A stretch of DNA of 32,000 nt from Nostoc punctiforme PCC 73102 (GTDB taxonomy: Bacteria; Cyanobacteriota; Cyanobacteriia; Cyanobacteriales; Nostocaceae), in the NCBI RefSeq assembly GCF_000020025.1, contig NC_010628.1, positions 5,340,001 to 5,372,000 on the forward strand. Direction: 5' to 3'. This document shows positions 26,146 through 32,000 of this stretch, in pieces (positions within the stretch are counted from its first letter, which is position 1; each line of letters begins with the position of its first letter). Under the pieces are notes generated by a model. It was not told the origin of the DNA. It saw nothing but the letters and a program-made list of their open reading frames with translations, and did no database searches. The position numbers were made by a program, and so were the translations under genes.

Positions 26146-26418
26146 GGGCGATTGTTTATTGAATTCGGGCAGTCGTTTATTGAATTCGGGCAGTCGTTTA
26201 TTGAATTCGGGCAATCGTTTATTGAATTCGGGCAGTCGTTTATTGAATTCGGGCAATCGTTTATTGAATTCGGGCAATCGTTTATTGAATTCGGGCAATC
26301 GTTTATTGAATTCGGGCAATCGTTTATTGAATTCGGGCAATCGTTTATTGAATTCGGGCAATCGTTTATTGAATTCGGGCAATCGTTTATTGAATTCGGG
26401 CAATCGTTTATTGAATTC
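26146..26418. repeat. 13 x 21-bp perfect-register tandem repeat (GGGCARTCGTTTATTGAATTC)
   Basis: The units start at 26146 and recur every 21 nt up to 26398. The first unit is degenerate (GGGCGATTG...). Position 6 is G,G,A,G and then A in the last eight units. Every unit contains GAATTC. All six frames are open across the array. Confidence 0.95.
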
Positions 26419-26593
26419 GGATAAATCTCAGTAAAACCACGCAATAAATAAAATATTTTTTGTACTAAATATTTTAAACGATACTGAATATTGCGGGTGC
26501 TAATCACCCCGATTTTGTTTATCTTAATGGTGTAAAGACAGGATATAAGTCAGTTTTTATCCTAGTGCATGATAAAAAAAAGGAAGGTTATTT

Positions 26594-26956
26594 ATGTCAC
26601 GTCCAAAACGTGGGTCTAAAGTACTTGATAGGGCACAGCGTCGGATTGCCGCTTTGAAATCGATTAGTTCCACCTTAGATTTAGGCAATGGAGTCACTAT
26701 TGACACTTTTGCCGCCGCCATCAAAAAAACACAGGACAAGTTGGAAGCTTATAACTCCAGCCTCTCCACCGTGGATTTAACTCAGGGAACCTTAGAATTA
26801 GCTGAAAAGTCGCTGATGGAACTAACAGAACATGTCTTAGTCAGCGTAGCTGCAAAGTATGGCAAGAATAGCGATGAGTACAAAATGGCAGGGGGCGTTC
26901 GTCGCAGCGAACGCAAGCGTCCAATGCGGAAGCCTAAGCAAGAGGTTGTTATTTGA
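26594..26956 (+). CDS. hypothetical small basic protein
   Basis: The 120-aa ORF has GGAAGG 8 nt upstream of the ATG. Both termini are strongly basic (MSRPKRGSKVLDRAQRRIAALK and GGVRRSERKRPMRKPKQ) and the core looks helical. A stem-loop follows. The antisense ORFs are shorter. Confidence 0.6.
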   Translation: MSRPKRGSKVLDRAQRRIAALKSISSTLDLGNGVTIDTFAAAIKKTQDKLEAYNSSLSTVDLTQGTLELAEKSLMELTEHVLVSVAAKYGKNSDEYKMAGGVRRSERKRPMRKPKQEVVI

Positions 26957-26987
26957 TAAAGACAATACATTTGGGGTTTTTTGACAC

Positions 26988-27010
26988 TCTCCCGAATTCA
27001 ATTCGGGAGA
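26988..27010 (+). terminator. perfect 10-bp stem / 3-nt loop hairpin after the 26594-26956 gene
   Basis: TCTCCCGAAT-TCA-ATTCGGGAGA begins 32 nt after the stop and is followed by TTCTTGGTT. It contains CCCGAATTCAAT, the reverse complement of the ATTGAATTCGGG core of the upstream 21-bp repeat. Confidence 0.6.
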
Positions 27011-27183
27011 TTCTTGGTTAGGTGGTGAACCAATAGAAAAAAGATAACATTTAAATAGCGATCGCTTGAGTTTTAGACAAATATGGCGTAGACGCATAGC
27101 AGGTTATCGTCAGACATCGCTCGGCGTTGAACCGGAAGCTTAGGTCTTAGGCTGATTGGTATGAGAAAAACCCCCGTTGATTT

Positions 27184-27263
27184 AGAGAACGGTGAGTCGG
27201 TATGTTTTAGATGTCAGTATTGCCATAGATAACCACCTTAAGATCCTTAGTTTATTACAATAA
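27184..27263 (+). pseudogene. remnant of a vapB/vapC junction with the first codons of a PIN toxin gene
   Basis: AGAGAACGGTGAGTCGGTATGTTTTAGATGTCAGTATTGCCATAGA matches 31340-31385 (AGAGAACGGTGAGTCAGTATGTTTTAGATGCTAGCATTGCCATAAA) with about 5 mismatches. The frame from GTG 27192 reads VSRYVLDVSIAID..., against MSQYVLDASIAIK for the intact gene, and stops at 27261-27263 after 23 codons. Confidence 0.7.
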
Positions 27264-27365
27264 TATTTTGCCGCAATGTTTTTGGAAGAATAACACAGTT
27301 CTAAAAGCTTTATAAAACCTTGAATTTGAGAGAAAATTTAAGAATCGTAATCAGAGTAAATTTAA

Positions 27366-27641
27366 ATGCACGTTATTAGTCGCAAAATTCTACGAGAATT
27401 TTGTGAGGCACATGCAGATATAAAGGAAGCACTTTATGATTGGTATAGGATAGCAACTAAAGCTGAATGGAAAAATCTGCTTGAAGTTCAGGCTATTTAT
27501 CCAAAAGCAGAAGCAGTTGGTAACTTCACTGTGTTTAATATTAAAGGAAACAGTTACCGTTTGATTACTGATATTGTTTACGAAACTCAAAGAATCTATA
27601 TTAAATATGTCCTGAATCACGCTGAATATGATAAGGATTAA
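27366..27641 (+). CDS. higB: HigB-family type II toxin (RelE-fold mRNA interferase)
   Basis: The 91-aa sequence MHVISRKILREFCEAHADIKEAL..W......W.N......YP.A..VGNFTVFNIKGNSYRLITDIVYETQRIYIKYVLNHAEYDK is closely collinear with E. coli HigB (MHLITQKALKD...YVFNVGGNELRVV...CYIREVMTHKEYD). Confidence 0.9.
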   Translation: MHVISRKILREFCEAHADIKEALYDWYRIATKAEWKNLLEVQAIYPKAEAVGNFTVFNIKGNSYRLITDIVYETQRIYIKYVLNHAEYDKD

Positions 27642-27648
27642 TGGAAAA

Positions 27649-28044
27649 ATGACCCGTACTTTTAATCCAGAATCTTATGGTAAATTGCTAGCCGAGTATC
27701 AGCCAAAAATCATTACCACGAATGCAGAAAACGAACAAGCGATCGCACTCGCATTAACCTTAGAACATCGTCTTAATCGGACATCAGAAGAAGAGATGCT
27801 GTTACAACTGTTGGTAACATTAATTGAGCAGTTTGAAGAAACCCATTACCCAATTCTCAACGGTACACCCAATTCGATGTTAGTGCATCTGATGGACGCA
27901 CGTGATATGACGACTGAAGCATTAGCAGAGGTACTCGGATCTTTGGAAGTTGCTTTGCAAATTGTGAATGGCGGCACTATTAGTAAAACTCAAGCAGAAG
28001 CGTTGGCGGACTATTTTAATGTAAATGTCAGTTTATTTACCTAG
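27649..28044 (+). CDS. higA: HigA-family antitoxin with a C-terminal HTH
   Basis: The 131-aa protein from ATG 27649 starts 7 nt after the higB stop; the ORF track starts at 27628, overlapping higB. The C-terminus ISKTQAEALADYFNVNVSLF resembles the E. coli HigA HTH tail (LTLEHAKKLATRFGISPALF). Toxin-first gene order is typical of hig loci. Confidence 0.85.
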   Translation: MTRTFNPESYGKLLAEYQPKIITTNAENEQAIALALTLEHRLNRTSEEEMLLQLLVTLIEQFEETHYPILNGTPNSMLVHLMDARDMTTEALAEVLGSLEVALQIVNGGTISKTQAEALADYFNVNVSLFT

Positions 28045-28223
28045 CTTATCTTCCATAACAACGCTCTTAAAACTAGCGCTTGGTATTGAGGCGGAAATTT
28101 AATATTTTGGTATGAGGTTAAAGGTATCTAGACACGCAGGGGCTTGTCCTTTAGACATCGCTTCTTTACTCGATACAACAGCTACAAAATCTTTTGCCAG
28201 TTAGCTTCTAGAGCTTGAGTAAG

Positions 28224-29711
28224 CTATGTACCTGTATTAAAAATCCTATGTCCTAACCATCCCAAACCCAAGCTTAAACTAGAAGTACTAGCTAAAATTA
28301 GAAAAGTATGAAATTTGCTAAAAGATTCTCGTAATTTATCTTCAGCCCTAATCACAGTCACAAGCACAGCAAAAATCATAGCCGAAGCCACAGCCCCAGC
28401 CACAGCCACAGCCCCAGCCCCAGCCACAGCCACAGCCACAACCACAGCCACAACCACAGCCACAGCCACAGCCGCAGCCGCAGCCACAGCCGCAGCCCCA
28501 GCCCCAACCGTAGCCACAGCCGCAGCCACAGCCACAGCCACAGCCACAGCCCCAGCCACAGCCCCAGCCATAGCTCCAGCTCCAGCCACAGCCGAAGCCA
28601 CAGCCGAAGCCACAGCCCAAGCCCCAGCCCAAGCCCAAGTCCCAGCCCAAGCCACGGCCACAGCCCCAGCCACAGCTACAGCCCAAATTATGTACAGAGC
28701 GTTAGACGCGGCTAACAAGTAGCCTATCAATAGGTAGCTTAACAATACACCAATCAACCAGCCCCAAGGAATAACTCTAGGTGATTTAGTAGTTGGTTTA
28801 ACTCGAAGAATTGGCTTTGAGGGTAGCTTGACTTTGGAAGAAACAACTTCTTTTCTATAAACAGGACTAACAGGTAGTAGAGGCTGTTGCTTTTGGTGCT
28901 CTAACATTGCTAACCATACCTGCATTGACTGAGGGCGGTCTTTTGCCTCTAGCGCCATACCCTTAAGAATTGCTTGATTTAATTGATCGCTGATGCTTGG
29001 ATTAATTTGTTTAGGTGGAATTAGGAAAGTATTGTCTAGCTTGCGAGCCAGAGAAGTTGTAGGGCGTTGACCTGTCACCGCATAATAGAGTGTGGCAACC
29101 AGACAGTAAACATCGACCGTTGGATCTCGACTACCTCTGCTCATCTGCTCATAAGGCGCAAATGCCTCATTACCTGCAATACCTTTTGAACTCAAAGTTT
29201 TAGGCACGAGTTCTTTAGCAATGCCAAAGTCAATCAGAACCGCTTTGCCATTACTCCGCAGCATGATATTTCCGGGATGGGCATCTCTGTGTACTAAACC
29301 TGCCTGATGCACCACCACTAAAGCTTCCCCAATCTGGCGGATACAGGGTACAATCTCTGCTTCTGGTAACGCACCTCTACGTTTTACTGCCTCAAACAAA
29401 TTTTCTCCCGGTACAAAATCCATCACTAAGCAGTGGATAGTACCTTCCTTAAACAAGTCAATTACTCCCACAATATGAGGATGAGGGTCTTGAGACAAGC
29501 GTGCTAGTGTTCGCCCTTCTTGAATAAATCGGTCTATATACTTGCCATATTCTGGGTCAGGGCTGAGATATTCATTGGGTGTCTTGATGACAACTGTCCG
29601 GTTTAGCTCAACATGCAATGCCTTATAAGTAATCCCAAATCCCCCCTGTCCAAGGACTTTATCAATTACATATTTGCCACCTTGTAATCGTTGTCCAGTT
29701 GTCCAAGGCAT
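28224..29711 (-). CDS. Hanks-type Ser/Thr protein kinase with a C-terminal hydrophobic (Ala-X)n repeat tract
   Basis: The kinase subdomains are the G-loop LGQGGFGITY, VVIKT, catalytic loop VHRDAHPGNIM (nt 29268-29291), DFG (LIDFGIAKE) and FAPYE. After about 300 aa come a TM helix and then about 102 residues of A/V/G/W-rich repeat. The sequence ends ...MIFAVLVTVIRAEDKLRESFSKF... Confidence 0.85.
   Translation of the reverse strand: MPWTTGQRLQGGKYVIDKVLGQGGFGITYKALHVELNRTVVIKTPNEYLSPDPEYGKYIDRFIQEGRTLARLSQDPHPHIVGVIDLFKEGTIHCLVMDFVPGENLFEAVKRRGALPEAEIVPCIRQIGEALVVVHQAGLVHRDAHPGNIMLRSNGKAVLIDFGIAKELVPKTLSSKGIAGNEAFAPYEQMSRGSRDPTVDVYCLVATLYYAVTGQRPTTSLARKLDNTFLIPPKQINPSISDQLNQAILKGMALEAKDRPQSMQVWLAMLEHQKQQPLLPVSPVYRKEVVSSKVKLPSKPILRVKPTTKSPRVIPWGWLIGVLLSYLLIGYLLAASNALYIIWAVAVAGAVAVAWAGTWAWAGAWAVASAVASAVAGAGAMAGAVAGAVAVAVAVAAAVATVGAGAAAVAAAAAVAVAVVVAVVVAVAVAGAGAVAVAGAVASAMIFAVLVTVIRAEDKLRESFSKFHTFLILASTSSLSLGLGWLGHRIFNTGT
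28381..28686. repeat. 51 consecutive in-register hexanucleotide units (GCCACA and variants)
   Basis: Read by eye, the units are GCCGAA GCCACA GCCCCA GCCACA ... GCTACA GCCCAA, with no indel breaking the 6-nt register. The variants are GCCCCA, GCCGCA, ACCACA, GCCGAA, GCCCAA, GCCATA, GCTCCA, ACCGTA, GTCCCA and GCCACG. On the minus strand the units read as Ala-X dipeptides. Confidence 0.95.
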
Positions 29712-29899
29712 GAAAACCCCTAAATAATTCGTAATACTTCTCTGCGAGAGGCTGCGCCAACGGCTACGCTCAGTACAAGTTCGTAATTAAAACAGTTTAA
29801 AAAAGCTGGATATGGGTGTTTTCTATGACTTAAGTGTATTTCATAAATAATACAGTTTTGCAGAATTTTGCACAACACACAATGAAAGTTGAGCTAAAT

Positions 29900-30925
29900 C
29901 TACGGTGTTTTTGTAGATGATGGACTGGGAAACTTTGACGGTTGATTAGATGGGTTGAAAATAGGAATCCAAGAAGGTATGGCTGCAAGTAAGCTTACAA
30001 AAGCAGCGATCGCAGCTATCACCACTCCCCAAACCTGAATTCTTCGCTCCCAATTTGGGTTAGTGTTAGAGGATACATTTAAGACAGGCTGAGGAGTTTC
30101 CCCTGTTAACCCCAAAGAGTCGAGCCATTCTCGCATTGATTGAGGACGCTGCTTAAAATCTAGCTTCATGCCTGTTAGAATTGCGCGGTTGGTGCGATCG
30201 CTAATCTGAGGATTAAGGTCTTTTGGAGACACTAAATGCTCACCGTTTAGTTTGCGATTTACTGCATCGACAGGTGTTTTCCCCGTCAGAAGTTTATAGA
30301 GCGTAGCTGCCAGTGAATAAATATCGCTATACGCATGAGTTATAGTACCTTTAGCATAAAGTTCAGGGGGTGTAAATCCATCAGACACTTCCTTGGTTCG
30401 CCTTGTGGTTAAGATATAGTCAAAATCTAGAGCTAGACCAAAATCTATTAATACCGCTTCTGACTGCCCCTCTCGGTTCCGCAACAAAATATTTCCTGGA
30501 TGCACATCCCGATGAATCAGTTCATTTTCATGTACAACTATCAGTGCTTCCCCAATTTGCTGAATGTAACGTAGTGCGTCAACTTCCGAAAGTTTTGGTG
30601 GACGGAGGTCAGCCAAACTCACTCCATCCACATACTCCATTACCAGACACGGATAATCTCCTTCCTTAAACGGTGTTCTGAACTGCACAATATGCTGATG
30701 CTGACATCGGGTGAGATTTACCGCCTCCTGCCAAAACATAGTCTCTAACCGAGCGCGTTCGGGCTGGCTAAGGGATTGGAGCAGATTATCATTTAAGGTT
30801 TTAATGACTAAGCGATCGCTATTTCTATTTTTTACCAAATAAGTAATACCAAATCGTCCCCTTCCTAATTCTTTTTCAATAGTATATTTGCCACCTTGCA
30901 ATTGATCACCTGCCACCCAAGCCAT
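29900..30925 (-). CDS. Hanks-type Ser/Thr protein kinase with a single C-terminal TM (paralog of 28224-29711)
   Basis: The start is set at ATG 30925 (MAWVAGDQLQGGKYTIEKELG) by alignment with the paralog's MPWTTGQRLQGGKYVIDKVLG; the ORF track starts at 30961. The motifs are LGRGRFGITY, LVIKT, IHRDVHPGNILL (nt 30491-30514), LIDFGLA and FTPPE. The C-terminal TM is VWGVVIAAIAAFVSLLAAI, followed by a Pro/Ser tail. Confidence 0.85.
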   Translation of the reverse strand: MAWVAGDQLQGGKYTIEKELGRGRFGITYLVKNRNSDRLVIKTLNDNLLQSLSQPERARLETMFWQEAVNLTRCQHQHIVQFRTPFKEGDYPCLVMEYVDGVSLADLRPPKLSEVDALRYIQQIGEALIVVHENELIHRDVHPGNILLRNREGQSEAVLIDFGLALDFDYILTTRRTKEVSDGFTPPELYAKGTITHAYSDIYSLAATLYKLLTGKTPVDAVNRKLNGEHLVSPKDLNPQISDRTNRAILTGMKLDFKQRPQSMREWLDSLGLTGETPQPVLNVSSNTNPNWERRIQVWGVVIAAIAAFVSLLAAIPSWIPIFNPSNQPSKFPSPSSTKTP

Positions 30926-31096
30926 CTTTGCAACTCCCAATATATTTGTATTAATCTTCACATAAGAAAGCCTGGAGAACTGGAACCTAGCTTTACAGAA
31001 ACAGCGCTATGTCTCAGAATAAGACTCTTTGCGTCTACACTTGCTAAACTAATTTTAAATCTTGAATAAAAGCAGAGAAAAAACAACCATAGAATT

Positions 31097-31351
31097 ATGG
31101 CTCAAATCTTAGTTGAAAATTTAGATCCCATTATTCTAGAAAAGCTAGAAACTCTTGCCAAACAACACGGTAGGTCTTTGCAAGAAGAACTAAAGCAGAT
31201 CCTACAACAAGCGGCTGAAAAAGCGACACACTATCACACTGGCGGCGACATGGAAAGAACCAGAGAAGCTGTAGCACGCGCTCAAGTTAGATATACAGGA
31301 AAAATTTTCAGTGACAGTACTGAACTTATCCGCGAGGATAGAGAACGGTGA
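31097..31351 (+). CDS. vapB: ribbon-helix-helix antitoxin (VapB/FitA-like)
   Basis: The 84-aa sequence MAQILVENLDPIILEKLETLAKQHGRSLQEELKQIL shows the typical RHH N-terminus. Its stop overlaps the PIN gene start as GTGA (31348-31351). Confidence 0.8.
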   Translation: MAQILVENLDPIILEKLETLAKQHGRSLQEELKQILQQAAEKATHYHTGGDMERTREAVARAQVRYTGKIFSDSTELIREDRER

Positions 31352-31767
31352 GTCAGTATGTTTTAGATGCTAGCATTGCCATAAAGTGGTTCATCCCTGA
31401 AGTCTACTCTGATGCAGCTAGGCGTTTACTAGCAAGTAATCATACTTTCCTAGTTCCAGATTTTTTCTTCCCAGAAGTGGGAAACGTCTTGTGGAAACAA
31501 GTCCGTCGTGGTGAAGACACTGCTGAAAATGCAAGACAAATATTAGCAGATTTAAATGCAGTTCCTGTAGAGGTGTACTTATCTCAGCTGTTAATGCCAC
31601 TTGCTTTAGATATTGCCCTTCAGAGCGATCGTGCAGTGTATGACAGTTTATACTTAGTCCTTGCTATTACTCAACAATGCCAGATGGTAACAGCAGACGA
31701 AAAATTTTACAACGCACTGAAAACCAGTAGCTACGCAAGTAATCTTTTATGGGTAGAGAATATTTAA
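31348..31767 (+). CDS. vapC: PIN-domain toxin VapC
   Basis: The 139-aa ORF starts at GTG. The N-terminus YVLDASIAIKW carries the first PIN acidic residue. Later conserved D residues occur in YDSLYLVLA and MVTADEKF. Confidence 0.85.
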   Translation: MSQYVLDASIAIKWFIPEVYSDAARRLLASNHTFLVPDFFFPEVGNVLWKQVRRGEDTAENARQILADLNAVPVEVYLSQLLMPLALDIALQSDRAVYDSLYLVLAITQQCQMVTADEKFYNALKTSSYASNLLWVENI

Positions 31768-31851
31768 AAAGCTTTGATGTAGACTACCGCAAGCATCTCT
31801 TCTTCCACTGCTAAACTAAAAAACAACCCTTACTCCTGCAAAGGTAGTCTT

Positions 31852-32000
31852 ATGACCTCTGCAACCGATCCATCCACCGCCCTCACACCGTTCCCAGACC
31901 ATACGCAGCTACCAGAGTCTGATGGTACTTTCGTGAAAAATTTTCAGGAACATCCCCAAAGCATTCTCCTAACGGACTCTATTAAGCCGATATTGCAAAA
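31852..32000 (+). CDS. Uma2-family (DUF820) putative endonuclease, 5' part (runs off the window)
   Basis: ATG 31852 opens MTSATDPSTALTPFPDHTQLPESDGTFVKNFQEHPQSILLTDSIKPILQ.... The LPESDG...NFQEHPQS..L motif is the characteristic N-terminus of the abundant cyanobacterial Uma2 family, as I recall it. Confidence 0.7.
   Translation, partial: MTSATDPSTALTPFPDHTQLPESDGTFVKNFQEHPQSILLTDSIKPILQ

Noticed and set aside
26146-26418. Possible CRISPR array.
   Set aside because: The repeats are directly contiguous with no unique spacers, the unit is only 21 bp, and no cas genes or leader are nearby.
26020-26507. Four overlapping ORFs (127, 118, 125 and 90 aa) across the 21-bp array. They translate to perfect heptapeptide repeats (LPEFNKR, LLNSGNR, CPNSIND and FIEFGQS).
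   Set aside because: All frames are open only because the 21-bp unit contains no stop codon in any frame. The non-repeat ends of these ORFs run into a dispersed GTAGACGC-type repeat or AT-rich sequence with no RBS. They are treated as artefacts of a non-coding tandem repeat.
28315-28722. A plus-strand ORF (ATATAPAPATATATTTA..., 135 aa) and an alternative minus-frame ORF (GCGCGWGWGCG..., 112 aa) over the hexanucleotide repeat.
   Set aside because: These frames are open only because of the stop-free hexamer repeat. Only the Ala-X frame is continuous with a bona fide kinase domain upstream and a non-repetitive tail downstream.
30926-30961. A longer N-terminus (MKINTNILGVAK) for kinase 2.
   Set aside because: Alignment with the paralog (MPWTTGQRLQGGKY against MAWVAGDQLQGGKY) and with the decayed duplicate at 25940-26017 places the start at 30925.
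1-32000. A search for tRNA, rRNA, integrase, transposase or relaxase genes that would define an integrative conjugative element.
   Set aside because: No cloverleaf-like sequence and no ORF with recombinase, transposase or relaxase motifs was seen. The T4SS-like block therefore cannot be called an ICE from this window alone.

Overview
The window looks like chromosomal DNA from a filamentous, heterocyst-forming cyanobacterium (Nostoc/Anabaena-like). Three signs support this. The HIP1 octamer GCGATCGC occurs roughly 30 times by eye, where about 0.5 would be expected by chance. Heptamer STRR-type repeats and GTAGAGAC...GTCTCTAC hairpins fill the intergenic regions. The gene content is typically cyanobacterial. 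No rRNA, tRNA, CRISPR array, transposase or integrase was seen.

The window falls into three blocks.

(1) 1-9.4 kb: nine co-directional genes whose sizes, topologies, motifs and order match a VirB/Trb-type type IV secretion (mating-pair-formation) apparatus. The order is a possible pilin 3' end, a VirB3-like protein, a VirB4-like ATPase, a secreted VirB5-position protein, a polytopic VirB6-like protein, two tandem VirB8-like paralogs, a VirB10/TrbI-like protein and a short VirB9-like protein. No relaxase, coupling protein or VirB11 is visible. This is the best candidate for a poorly described system, probably the cyanobacterial MPF_C class.

(2) 10-25.8 kb: mostly housekeeping genes. These are plsY, a coiled-coil protein, an mlaE-like permease, sppA, aroH-type chorismate mutase, an OGFr-domain protein, a solute-binding protein paired with a Cache-HAMP-GGDEF cyclase, a crtR-like hydroxylase, pyruvate kinase and an M61 peptidase.

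(3) 25.9-32 kb: an accessory patch. It contains a 13 x 21-bp tandem repeat, a small basic protein, higBA, and two paralogous Ser/Thr kinases with an unusual HRDxHPGN catalytic loop. One of the kinases carries 51 in-register hexanucleotide repeats that encode an (Ala-X)n tract. The patch also holds vapBC, a partial Uma2-family gene, and decayed duplicate fragments of the kinase 5' end and of the vapB/vapC junction.

All functional calls come from reading the ORF translations and recalling family motifs. No database search was run.
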